Shown here: positions 1 through 11,299 of the stretch, piece by piece
How positions within the stretch are numbered: the first letter of the stretch is position 1
How the letters are laid out: the number at the start of each line of letters is the position of its first letter
Source: Macrostomum hystrix
Taxonomy: Eukaryota > Animalia > Platyhelminthes
Direction: 5' to 3'
Assembly (NCBI GenBank): GCA_950097015.1
Contig: CATNEN010000024.1
Span: forward strand, 372,001 to 436,000
DNA length: 64,000 nt
The notes under the pieces: model-generated
The model's input: only the letters and a program-made list of their open reading frames with translations
What the model was told of the DNA's origin: nothing
The model's database searches: none
Position numbers and translations under genes: made by a program

Positions 1-4
1 AACC

Positions 5-647
5 ACTTGACTTACTTGACTTAGCGGCAGGGGGCCTCCATGACGGACGCAGCGAGGAGGCGGCTGTTGCCGCCCATATCGCTAACCCCTGGCAGCCAGA
101 CGGCCTCCAGCGAGGCGGTGCCGCTCAGGGTGGTCCGTCGGTCGGTTCCGCCGCGCGATCTTCCTCGCCATAGGCTGGGAAGAAATCAGCTCGGCCGGTA
201 TCCCGGAGGAAGTGGGCGAGCTGAGGGATGTTCTCGGGCGAGCAGGCTTCGGCAAGAGTCGGTGCCGGCCCGAGGTGTTTTAGCCTAGCCCGGGTGAAGG
301 CCGGGCAGTGGCAAATGAAATGCTCGGCGTTTTCACGGCCGGAGCAGCAGAAAGGACACGTTTCCTCAGGCACGTGGCCTTGGAGGTAGCGGTGTCTGGT
401 GAAGCAGCCATGTCCCGAAAGGGCCATGGTGACTGCTCTCAGGTCTCTGCGGTTTAGCCTGAGTAAGGCCTTACGCAGGTTACTAGAGGGGGTTGGCACC
501 GCAGCCCTGGACTGGCGACAGTTCAGGGTGCTGGACCACCTCCTCCGGTGCTGGGTCTCCATCCAGTGGTTGATGCTGGAGTTGACAACGGAGGCGGGGA
601 TCGGGGATTCCGGGCCCGGGCCCATCAGGGAGCTGGCTGCTCCAGCC
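5..647 (-). mobile_element. 5'-truncated non-LTR retrotransposon (RNase H-bearing LINE, LOA/R1/I-like), 3' end of ORF2 plus tail
   Basis: Minus-strand ORF 125..~647 reads [18 protein letters not shown] (end of RNase H region) ... [13 protein letters not shown] ... [19 protein letters not shown] (C-terminal CCHC zinc knuckle). The element ends in a short repeat tail (AAGTC/AAGT)n at 5-22. The N-terminal part of the listed 258-aa ORF is only the adjacent tandem repeat. Confidence 0.8.
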
Positions 648-950
648 TTAAGAGTAAAAAAAGTAGCGAATAAACCACAGAAGAGCATTAAGAAGAGTAA
701 AAAAGTAGCGAATAACCCACAGAAGAGCATTAAGATGGGTAAAAAAAGTAGCGAATAACCCACAGAAGAACATGAAGAAGAGTAAAAAAAGTAGCGAATA
801 AACCACAGAAGAGCATTAAGAAGAGTAAAAAAGTAGCGAATAACCCACAGAAGAGCATTAAGATGAGTAAAAAAAGTAGCGAATAACCCACAGAAGAGCA
901 TTAAGAAGAGTAAAAAAGTAGCGAATAACCCACAAAAGGACCCGAATAAA
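648..950. repeat. Tandem repeat, ~45-bp unit (AAGAGTAAAAAAGTAGCGAATAACCCACAGAAGAGCATT), ~6-7 copies
   Basis: Directly visible; abuts the LINE 5' truncation point. Confidence 0.95.
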
Positions 951-1590
951 CTTTAGTCATCTGAGGATTTTGCTTCCTACGTGTCTTGTTTATTATCGAC
1001 AACCGTTTCCTATCTCCGCAGTTTATTTTAACTAGACGCATGGTTGTTATAAGGTTTTGCAACGTTAGTCATACGTTGACCGACGTATGCGTGGGTGGTA
1101 CATGGATGCGTCATAGCAATGGTCATAGGGGTCAACTTTTGATTGCATAACAAGGATTTCCCCAAGAGCAATGAGTGTGAAAATCACATTTGACCCGCGT
1201 GCTGGGATATCCCTACGCACATTGTGACGTACAGCTCCAGTGTACTAAGGTTACGCCGGGGTCGCAGGGTACTGTACTTCCGTGCACATTGTGGTGTACA
1301 AATCAATGTACTAAGACCACGATCCTTTCCTATCAGTACATTTGTACATGTATGTAACGTACGTTGATTTCTATACGCTCTTGATAAATTATACAACCCA
1401 TGTCCCAATTATATTACTTTTATATTCTTATAATGAGTAATATACATTGCATTTCCCTAACAAGTTTTATTAAATACTTTTTGTTCTTTTTCGAATTTTC
1501 ACATTACATAAGCGCATGGGTCTGATTCGCATCTCTACAGTCTATTCTGCTGTGTTAAATCTTAAGTCTAACTATTGATCCCTCTGCAGC

Positions 1591-2954
1591 ATGCAGCCCG
1601 TTACTCCTCTGCAGCTTAAACAGTCATTTAACCCGAATGACTTACAAACGTCCGCCTTGATTTCCAAGTACTGCCTCAGCGAGAGGTCTCAAATGAATCT
1701 CAAAAGCGCAGCGCAGCTTTCCGAGCTACTCTGTCTGGCTATTGATCGAGCCACGAAGCAAGGCCATTGGAACGACGCCCTGGTCCTGGCCAGGCAGATG
1801 ATGCAGTCACGCATGGATCCGCTGGCTCGCGCCTACTGCTGTGAGGTCGGCCTAACAAGAGCAGCCAAGTGTGGCCAGTTGCAGGTTAGATTGCGTCATT
1901 CTGCAGTGATCAGAATCTTGTCGACTTTAACTAGACCTGGAAAGACTTAAATAGATTATTTTGCTCGTACATATTCGTTAGCTCACTCACAAAGAATAAC
2001 AACGCCTTCTTAATTCCGCCTGGCAACACCGGCTGCACAGGTGGTAAGAACGTTCCTTCAATTAGCCAAATACTGCGGCTCGGAAACGCTCCAGCGTTGC
2101 TGCGTCGCTGCCTTAGCTGGTGCCGTGCACGGAGGCAGCGCTGACTCTGTCGATGCCATATTAAAGGGCATCGTCGACCCCAGCCTGCGTGACGCCTGCT
2201 GCTGCCAGGCTGTTAATATCATCGCGTCGCACAGGTCTTTGTCAGATTCTGGCCCTGGTTCCAGCTGGATGGTGCTGACCGAGCTAGCGGAGGCAGCAAC
2301 CAGTCGGTCTGTACGGGACCACTGCTGCGATGCCGTGCTGGCCCTGGCCAATCGGCTGACCGACGGAAGCAGTTCCACAGCGCTAGCTTGCCTAATTCGT
2401 CGTGGCCTCGTCACAGATTTTTCCAGTCAGCACGTCCTGCATGTCTTGGAGATGGAGGCCACTGTCGGATCCGTAGCCAGCCTCAGCCTGCTGCTGCGCC
2501 ATCAGCCAAACGGCAGGGTCTGCTCCGGTCTACTATGGCGCTGCATTTGCACCGGCCAGGTGTCGCTGGCGGCGCAGCTATTGCCGCACGTTGACGGTGG
2601 CCTTGACAAGTCTTATGAGCCGGACGCCAGCACCTGCTTGATGATGGCCGCCGATAGGGGCCACGACCGTCTCGCAATGCGCCTGTTGAAATGGGGCGCC
2701 TCCACCGAGCTTCAGGATAGCTGCGGCCGGACCGCTCTCTGCAGGGCTTGCCTCGCTGGCCAAATTCGAGTCGCCAGGGTCCTGCTAGCTGAAAACCAAC
2801 GCAGAGGCGGGGATGTTGAGCGACTTCTATGCAGTCAGTCAGAAGGCAGGCACAATGGCAAGTGCAGTTGTGACAGCTGCACAAGTTGCGGCTACTGTTG
2901 CGAATGTAAAAAGTTTGTGCGTGCTTGGAGGCAGCCTTCACGAGAGTCGCACGA
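1591..2954 (+). CDS. Ankyrin-repeat region (probable 5' part of the cGLR gene)
   Basis: Exons 1591-1884 and 2041-~2954 join in phase 0 (CAG|GTTAGA ... CTGCACAG|GTG). Canonical ankyrin repeats TCLMMAADRGHDRLAMRLLKWGASTELQDSCGRTALCRAC; divergent upstream repeats (AAKCGQLQVVRTFL, AVHGGSADSVDAIL); Cys cluster CSCDSCTSCGYCCEC at 2863-2907. Confidence 0.75.
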
Positions 2955-3218
2955 GTGAGTTGAAGTTTTGCAGTCATGAGATATTGGAGAGTCATGATCG
3001 TACATACTACATATTCATGCATGACATTTTTAAAGCCTATTTAATATTCGCTCTTCCAACGTCATGTTTAATGGCTTCTATAGGTACACGTCAGCTCCTA
3101 GAATGGTTTCCGTACAACACCGTCTGGCCCTGCTATGGTAAAATAAGTTTACTTACTTGCATCAATCTAGGAAATAAATTCTGGGAATTTTTCTCTTGAT
3201 AGTTAATAATAAGTACAG

Positions 3219-5249
3219 ACCCGTCCACAGCGTCAATTCTAACGATATCTCACTGCACTCTTACTAGTCGCGACGATAACGCCTACGCTGACCGTCTTCT
3301 GAGCGTTCGCGTTCACCGGAGGATGACCCAAGCAGGGTTCACCAGCGACAGAGTGGGCATTCTCTGCCAGATGGCCGATCGCCTAGAGAGTTTAGCCCGT
3401 TGCCTCCTGGGCGATGACAGGCGCATCACCGGCAGCTTCGGCGAAGGCTGGGGCAACAGTCTGTCTCAGGTTGATGGCAGAACGGCGACAGGTTCTGACA
3501 TAGACTGGACGGTGCTGCTTGACGGCTTACAGTTTCACCTGCAAAACAGCTGCAACTGTCCCACTCTAGGCAAGAGACAGCAACTGCTGCACGTGTTTCA
3601 GGGGCACGTGCCAGTTGCTGGAGAAACAGGTACGCATGTCATTATTTGCAGAACTAACTTGTTGCCATTGATTATAAATTACGAAGTGACAATGACGGAA
3701 TGCGTAAGCAGCAAAGAAATTATCGAAAGTCAATGACTCTGAAAATCATTTAGCCAGGGGAAACGCAAGTGATTTGCTCAGTATATGTTATTTTTCATAG
3801 AAAGTTGTGCGGTCTCGTTTAATCGTGTCGTGCAGGAAATGAGCCAGCCATGTCAGCGCCGGCCTGCGGTGTTCGGCCGGCCCAAGACACCTGTAGGGCC
3901 TACCGGTGCTGCAGCTCCTACTGCATCTACCGGATCGAGGATCTTCTATCGCCGGCCGAAGCAGCTGCGGCGGAGCCCATCCACCTGGTGCTCGCGGCTC
4001 GGCCTAATCGCATGAATGAACTACGCGTCAGTTTCAGCTTCCAAGAGAAGGCCATCATGCGCCGGCTGAGTACTGTTGAGGGTCAGCTGTTTGTGCTCAT
4101 CAAGTTCATCTTCAAAGTCCTAGTGGAAGCATCAGCCGGATTGAAGTCCTTCCACGCGAAGACATTGTTGTTTCACGTTTTGGCAGAGCTTAGGGACGAT
4201 GGCATAGACGATGATGATCCAGGATTGCTGATCCAACACCTCAAGATGGCACTCGATAGTATGATCAAGTTTATCATAATTTCAAAAGAGAGTGGCGAGT
4301 GCATGCCTCACTTCTTTATGCACGATGCCCCAGTCTACCTGCGGCAAGCCAGCTTTGTTGATCAGCATTCAAAAGATCGGCTTACCACGCTGCTGCTTGA
4401 CCTAAGGGCTAACATTGAGCTGAAAGTTGTAGAGCCGCTGTTTAAGCATCTGCAGTCACTGCATTCTACCATGTTCTATTTTCACCCTTTCACACTCCTA
4501 CCACTTCAAGCCATGACACTAAATATAAAAAGGCAGTCAGCCAAAAATGCCGACACGGTCTTGTCTGAAACATATTTGTCAGTGCTCATGTGCCTGAATG
4601 AGCTACAGGATTGCGACATCTGGGACTGTAGCGACCGGTGCAGCGAACTAAAAGTTCAAATAGAAAAACTGCCTCAATTCTGCGCCTCTGCAAAACTATG
4701 CTTGATGGTGATGACTCACCTGAAGCTTGGAAATCGTGACGAAGCGAGGCAGTTGGTGTTGAGCAACTCGGATCATCGAGTGCAGCGAGGCTGGTCTGTG
4801 CCGTTCGAAGGCGCTTTTAAAGCCATGTTTGTACCGGAAGCTGTCGACACTGACTGGGCCTTCAGATTCTGCTATGCACCTGTGAAGTCATTCAGCTTCT
4901 CCTACCTGCCTGTCTTTGCTCAGCAACTCGTCCTGCCGAAAGGCCGTCCAGGCAGCTTCATTCGCACCTATACATTAGCTTCATTAGTCTCTGGTGGAGC
5001 TTTCGATTTGAATTAACGACTGAAGAAGAGTTCGACTCGGCCGCGGTGTTTGAGGACTGGTACGAGCAGCTGCAGATGGACCCCGACCTGGAAGAGCTGA
5101 TTACCCTGGCTCACTATTCCTCTGAGGCTAAGCATTTGGAGTTTTGCCTGGAACAGATGGAAGCAATGTCAACCAGCAGAAAATTCGATCAAGAAGAGAA
5201 CCAGAAGCTGATGCATGTTCGACAGAAAATGCTTGCCATTGCTAAATAA
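3219..5249 (+). CDS. Mab-21 / cGAS-like receptor (cGLR) nucleotidyltransferase, with an apparent frameshift near the C-terminus
   Basis: Exons 3219-3629 and 3836-5249 join in phase 1. NTase motifs GSFGEG (3431-3448) and SDID (3494-3505); Mab-21 motifs ELRVSFSFQEK, LKSFHAKTLLF, CMPHFF. The frame shifts around 4935-4970; the second frame SHLYISFISLWWSFRFELTTEEEF runs to a stop at 5249. Confidence 0.8.
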
Positions 5250-6452
5250 TTTCACAGCCCCCAGATAATTTAGTACTGAGAATTGGCTGCGATAATACAT
5301 TAAAATAAAAGTTTAATTAAAATCAAATCAAAATAAAATAAAAAACAAAGTATTTACACGTATATTGTCTGGTTTTCATTTTTGGTAGCATAGCATCTTT
5401 TATTTTTGCCTTTTTTCGAGCAGAAATTATTAAAATTTTAGTCATATTCTATCACAGTAGCGATTTTTCGATTGGACTCGCCACTGCAATTGCACTACAA
5501 TCTACAACAACAAAGTTTTTTATTTCACAAGTTTTCCGAGAAGGTTGTCATAGTTTTTTTGTCATAGTTTGCTACAAGAAATAAATTATCGCAGATCTTT
5601 TTCAATTGAAATCAATGCTATTTACAATAAAGTTAAATAAGAACTCCAAAGACGACTGCGTTTATATTAAATTTCAGTCTTTTGTAAATCTTATTTTGAT
5701 ATATTTTCATTTCGACAAATATTTTTGAAAAATGTCACTTTATTAGTTATAACAGCTCCAATTTTTATTAAATCTAATTCATTGCCCAAAGTAAAGTCAA
5801 ATTTGACATTACTTATGCTGGAGTCTTCTAAATCTAGAAAGAGTTAAACTGATTCCAGAATTTCTCAACAACACACAAACACAAGCAGCCAAGGCCCAAT
5901 ACCAGAGGCCGAGAGACTAGAGCGTAGAAAAGTATAAATGAAAAAGAAGTACACAAGCGCCTAGAACAAAAACAAGAGGGTTCACGCAAAGGACAAGTAA
6001 GCCAGCTAGGCTATATTTACTGTAGCTTGGACCAGATTCTGTCTGCCCAAAGGCAAATAAGTTCAATTCTAAAAAACCCTCTACCTTCCGCAGCTGGCAG
6101 GGAGGGGTTTGTGGGGGAGAGAGAAGGCAGAGACTGAATGTACTTTGCCTCATACGCTTATCGATCGCGGGCGCGCGAAAGTAAAGCTAAACCCCGGCTC
6201 AGACTAGCTGGCCCCACCCCATGCAAGCACATTTCAATCCTGTACACTTTATCGCACGGAGAGAGAGACAGACAGCCTACAGCCTACAAGGTTAGGAAAG
6301 GACAGAATATAATATATATAGCCTTGCGAAAAGCTTTGCTTACAACCACTGTCTAATTTAAGCTTAGAAGGAGACAACGCGAAAACTAAACAAATCGGTG
6401 GTAATTATATATTTTTTCAATAGATAAACTAATAAAAAATAGCTTTATCACA

Positions 6453-7848
6453 ATGGCCCTGCGAAGCATCACAGCTAGGCAGATCTTTGACTCCCGTGGT
6501 AATCCGACTGTCGAGGTGGATGTGTGCACCGACAAGGGTCTATTCCGTGCCGCTGTCCCCTCTGGTGCCTCCACCGGCATCTATGAGGCAGTTGAACTCC
6601 GAGACAAGGCCAAGACTTACCATGGCAAGGGTGTCCTTCAGGCCGTTAGCAATGTAAAGGAGATTCTGGCGCCAGCCCTGCTCGCTAAGAAATTTTGCTG
6701 CACCCAGCAGGAGGAGATTGACAAGTTCATGATCGATCTGGATGGCACCAAGAACAAGGGCAAGCTGGGCGCCAACGCCATCCTGGGCGTCTCGCTGGCT
6801 GTTGCCAAGGCCGGCGCCGCCGAGAAGGGCATCCCGCTGTACTTGCACTTTGCCAAGCTGGCCGGAAATGATCAGATCTGTCTGCCAGTGCCGGCATTCA
6901 ACGTGCTGAACGGCGGCTCCCATGCCGGCAACAAGCTGGCAATGCAGGAGTTCATGATCCTGCCAACTGGCGCTTCCAGCTTCACCGAAGCCATGCAGAT
7001 GGGCTCGGAGGTCTACCATCACCTGAAGGCTGTCATCAAGGCCAAGTATGGCCAGGATGCTTGCAACGTCGGAGATGAAGGCGGCTTTGCGCCAAACATT
7101 CAGGCAAGTTTATTTGCAGCTTTTTTATATAATTTAATAAGCAAATATCGAAAATTTTATGCAAACAGGGTTTAGCTATTTTTCACCTGACCTCTAGGAC
7201 AACTTCGAAGGCCTGGAGCTGGTGAAAGCGGCCATCGACAAGGCTGGCTACACTGGTCGCATCGAAATCGGCATGGACGTCGCCGCCTCAGAGTTCTGCA
7301 AGGACGGCAAGTACGACCTGGACTTTAAGAATCCCAACAGCGACAAGGCCGCCTGGCTGACTTCTGACCAGCTAGCCGACGTCTACAAATCCATGATGGC
7401 CAAGTACCCGATTGTCAGCATCGAGGATCCGTTCGATCAGGACGACTGGGCCGCCTACACCAAGTTCACTGGCGGCGTCGGCATCCAAATTGTTGGCGAC
7501 GATCTGCTCGTCACTAATCCGGAGCGCGTGCAGACCGGCATCGACAAGAAGGCGTGCAACGCCCTGCTGTTGAAGGTCAACCAGATTGGCTCCGTCACTG
7601 AGGCCATCCAGGCCTGCAAGATGTCTCAGGCTGCCGGCTGGGGCGTCATGGTCTCCCACCGCAGCGGCGAGACCGAGGACACCACCATCGCCGATTTGGT
7701 TGTCGGCCTGTGCACCGGCCAGATCAAGACTGGCGCCCCTTGCCGCAGCGAGCGCCTGGCCAAGTACAACCAGCTGCTGCGCATCGAGGAGGAGCTCGGC
7801 GCCAAGGCCACCTACGCCGGCAAGAAGTTCCGCAATCCCAAGGCCTGA
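6453..7848 (+). CDS. ENO: Enolase (phosphopyruvate hydratase)
   Basis: Exons 6453-7103 and 7198-7848. Motifs [67 protein letters not shown]. The single 94-nt intron has a GC donor. Confidence 0.98.
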
Positions 7849-8731
7849 ATTCGAAGTGAACTGATTCCGTCACGCCCGGCTAGCAGTCCCAGAAGCTATT
7901 AAAGAAACACATTGCTACTGTAACGGGCACCAACCATTAGTTAAATATCGAGTTTGTCTAGCTTAGCTACTACTGTGTTGTGCTTTTTTAATTTTTCTAG
8001 CATTACAATTATAACGCGCTGCCCACACACAGTTAAAAAGGATAATTTTAAGACTATTTTGTCATACACACAAACCTTAGCTTTAGTTTGAGGTCTAGAT
8101 ACCCACTCACAGTTGATATTTGCCTATCAGAATCGGATTTCTATAGTTTATTTACACACCAATCGTCATATTATTTGTGTTTCATTCTTAACAGGTTGGC
8201 GCCCACATTTTCTCTAACCGTTGTTTCTTTTAAATATTGAAGAATAATTATTATTCTTGATAAATTAGCTAGCTAATCTGTAGCAGCTTTTTTCTATCCC
8301 AAATTCCGGTGTAGCTGTTCCAAAACTTAGCTCAAGAAAGAGTTTTCTATGCTCTAAATAAAGCTTTTTGTTCTAGAAGGCTCATTTGTTCTAAAAACTA
8401 ACACGATGCTGGAAAATCCAGCTGAACTTTTTAAATGCCATCTAGCTACTATTAGTAATATATTTTAGTTTCTATACAAACAGTCCCTCGTTTAATATTC
8501 GTAGTGTCAAGTTTAAGACCAAGACAAACTGTCATAGTCATCTCAGCATAGTTCCTTTCGTCTTTGTCAATCATCCGAAACGTGTCGCCGTAGAAGTTTT
8601 TGTCCTTGTTTAGCAAGTTGAAAAATATCAAATAAAATTATTAATATTGAATTAGACAATTTTGTGTTAAACGTGTCGCTTTAACAAAAACTAACAAGCT
8701 TGTATTGGTTTTGTCAGCCTAACTGAGAATA

Positions 8732-10550
8732 AAGCCACCCAAAATGAGAATCCTGCCTACGCTGACTGCGAAGGGCCTGGCTGCGTGCAGCCTTAGTCTA
8801 TGGGCCATAGACAATAAAGGACAAGCAAAGTGCTAAAAAGGCATCCAATGTGAGAATCGATCGCTTTTTCTCTTCCCCCCAGCTCTCTCCACTCCTCCAA
8901 GCGCAACTCCTCCATCACTGCTTCTCCATCACCCACAGTCTCGTTGCTTTCTTGCCTATTTATCCAACACTTAGAATTAACAGAGTTCAGTCTTCACCAC
9001 TGCAATAAAAATGCCCGCCTCATCTGTGGACCGCCAGCGACTCATCGCGGCCATTGAAAATGGAAGCTCACTAAGGGAAGCAGCAGCCGTCCTGCAACTG
9101 CCTGTCCCAACTGCCTATAGAATTGCCCGTCAGCATCGCCTAGAAGGAAGAACTGAGGCGCTTACTCGAGGTGGTCAACGACTTGTCAACAACTTCTTAA
9201 AGTTGATGATGAAATGCGGCCATTTCTGAACCAGAAGCTGCAAGAGAACCCCTTCCTAACGTTAAAAGAGATGGCCTACTGCATGGCTGCACAGTTTCCG
9301 GAGAAGCCTCAAGTGGGGTACAAGACGGTCGATCGGATGCTCCAAGGGATGCTATACACCCTGAAGCTAGGAACGAAGGGCAGTGACACCAGAGCGAGCT
9401 GCAACCTGCCTGAAAACATCGAGGCCCGGAGAGAATATGCCAACTTCATGCTGCACCTTGACGCCTCCGTACACATCGTCTATTTGGACGAAACTGGATT
9501 CAACTTGTGGCTACGGCGATCGCAAGGCCGTGCTATCAGGGGTCGCCCTGTTAAGCGGACTGTGACGACACAAAGAGACGACTCTTTGGGCAGTGCATTG
9601 AGGACGACTATTTTAACTCTTAACTTTACTGTATCATATAGTGTGTTCCTGTTTCCGTTATTCCATTCAAGCTATATGGCTACAAGCAGGCGATGAGCCG
9701 CGCGGCCGACACGCGACGAGCGGCAGCGCCACACGGCATTTCGGCGGGCGCCCGCGTGCTGCTCAGGAACCGTGGCAAGGCCAAACTGCGGTGCCCGTTC
9801 GACCCGCGCCCCTGGCTCGTCAAAGCGGTCCACGGGGATGCTTTGACGCTGGAGAGAGGCGAGGCCGTGCTGCGGCGGCACGTGACTGAGACCAAGCCGC
9901 TGCGCGAGTGCCCCTGGGAGCCGGACGAACCGCTGGACGGCCGGCCCGCTGATCCGCAGCCCGCCACAGACGGCGGCGCCACGGACGGGGCCATAGCGCA
10001 GAGGCCCCACCCCAGGCAGGCTAAGAGGCACATCTGCTATAAGGAGTGACTGTAGTGACAGGGTCTGACAGGCATCTTTCCTGTTCCGGTTTATTTTGCG
10101 TTCCGATTTTTAAGACCCACTAAATGCGCCGCGCTTTTGACCTTTCTTTTACTCTGAGGGGGAGAGATGTAGTGCACTGCGTTGCCCTCTCCCTCCCACG
10201 CTGGCATAGCGTCACGGTCAACGTGCACTGCTCTTGGCATGTAGGTGTTACGTAATGCGCTCATGACTGGGCTGCACGTCGGCAGCCACTATGTGGCTGC
10301 GACTATATAACAACTCAAATATACGGCCCAAGAGGCCACGTTCCTTACTAACTCAACGGCACTACAGCTAGTCATATGGATCAGAAGGTATAAAAATAAA
10401 AGAATACGACGCATAGACCAATCGATTCTCACATTGGATGGCTTTTTATCACTTTGCTTGTCCTTTATTGTCTATGGCCCATAGACTAAGGCTGCACGCA
10501 GCCAGGCCCTTCGCAGTCAGCGTAGGCAGGATTCTCATTTTGGGTGGCTT
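8732..10550 (+). mobile_element. IS630/Tc1-mariner-like DNA transposon, defective
   Basis: ~130-bp TIRs at 8732-8861 and 10421-10550 (AAGCCACCCAAAATGAGAATCC...), flanked by TA (8730-31, 10551-52). Transposase remnant 9011-~9575 has HTH (DRQRLIAAIENGSSLREAAAVL...TAYRI), a frameshift at ~9185-9210 and the first catalytic Asp (YLDETGFNL); the rest of the DDE domain is deleted. Confidence 0.9.
9675..10366 (+). mobile_element. Gypsy LTR retrotransposon 3' fragment (integrase C-terminal GPY/F region, PPT, 3' LTR), nested in the Tc1-like element
   Basis: YKQAMSRAADTRRAAAPHGISAGARVLLRN...KLRCPFDPRPWLV...LRRHV. Polypurine tract GAGGGGGAGAGA at 10156-10167. LTR 10168-10366 with 8-bp inverted termini TGTAGTGC...GCACTACA. 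Confidence 0.85.
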
Positions 10551-10845
10551 TATGTAGAAGATAAAGCATGGCATCTCATATAAAACATAGATACCAGTGG
10601 CGTTTCTCCGGGATTATATTGAAGCTGAAATATAATCCCGGAGCGCGACTGTCTATGGGCAAACTCGCGCGCGTGGAGAGAGAAACGAGCCGGAAATATA
10701 ATCCCGGAGAAGCCCAGTCAGTGTCTATGGCCCATATCGTTGGTGAACATTTGAGGGAGAGAAGAGCCTGTTTGGCTGAGGAAGAGGGTAGAGCGGAGCG
10801 GACGAGCAAGTAACGCCCATACACAGTCAAACGCAAATCGCTAAA

Positions 10846-11286
10846 ATGCGTAGAGTGTTAAATCCGCTTGTGGATTATTCGAAAGATTTTGTTGGTAACT
10901 TTGACCCGAATGTGTTGCCAGCCGCGTTCGTAGCGTCCGTAGAGTCACACCCTGATCGCGATATGCGTGAACATCAATGGCTGGCCGCTGCGATGAATGA
11001 ACAGCGAGAATTGGAGCTTGAAGATCTAGAAGGAGTAGAGCCAATCGACGGCGCGCTGAGAGAACTGGAAGGCACGGACGGAGCGGTGAACAACGGCGAG
11101 GCGGATGGCAGGCGTTTCGCTGTAGTCGGCGACATTGGGGTGTTAAACCAATCTGTTCGTCCGAGGGGCACTGTCAATCGCAACAAGTGGGCCCTGCGAA
11201 CCTTCCAAGAGTGGATAACTGCGCGTGGTTTGACTGACAAAACCAATACTGTCGCTACGTTTCAGCTAGATATTAAAGAAAATTAA
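10846..11286 (+). mobile_element. Crypton-like (DUF3504 tyrosine recombinase family) N-terminal fragment, 3'-truncated
   Basis: RRFAVVG...GTVNRNKWALRTFQEWITARG matches the RF...T...WA...F..W...R motif at the start of Crypton-A/KCTD1-like domains. The ORF runs into AT-rich sequence and a SINE fragment, and no catalytic domain is present. Confidence 0.6.
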
Positions 11287-11299
11287 AAAGTAAAATAAA

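Noticed and set aside
6540-7811. Antisense ORFs over enolase and other GC-rich exons
   Set aside because: Shadow ORFs caused by codon bias; they carry no recognisable motifs.
8470-8630. Coding-looking minus-strand stretch (FFNLLNKDKNFYGDTFRMIDKDERNY)
   Set aside because: Short, with no recognisable family and no splice context; it might be a TE remnant but cannot be supported without a search.
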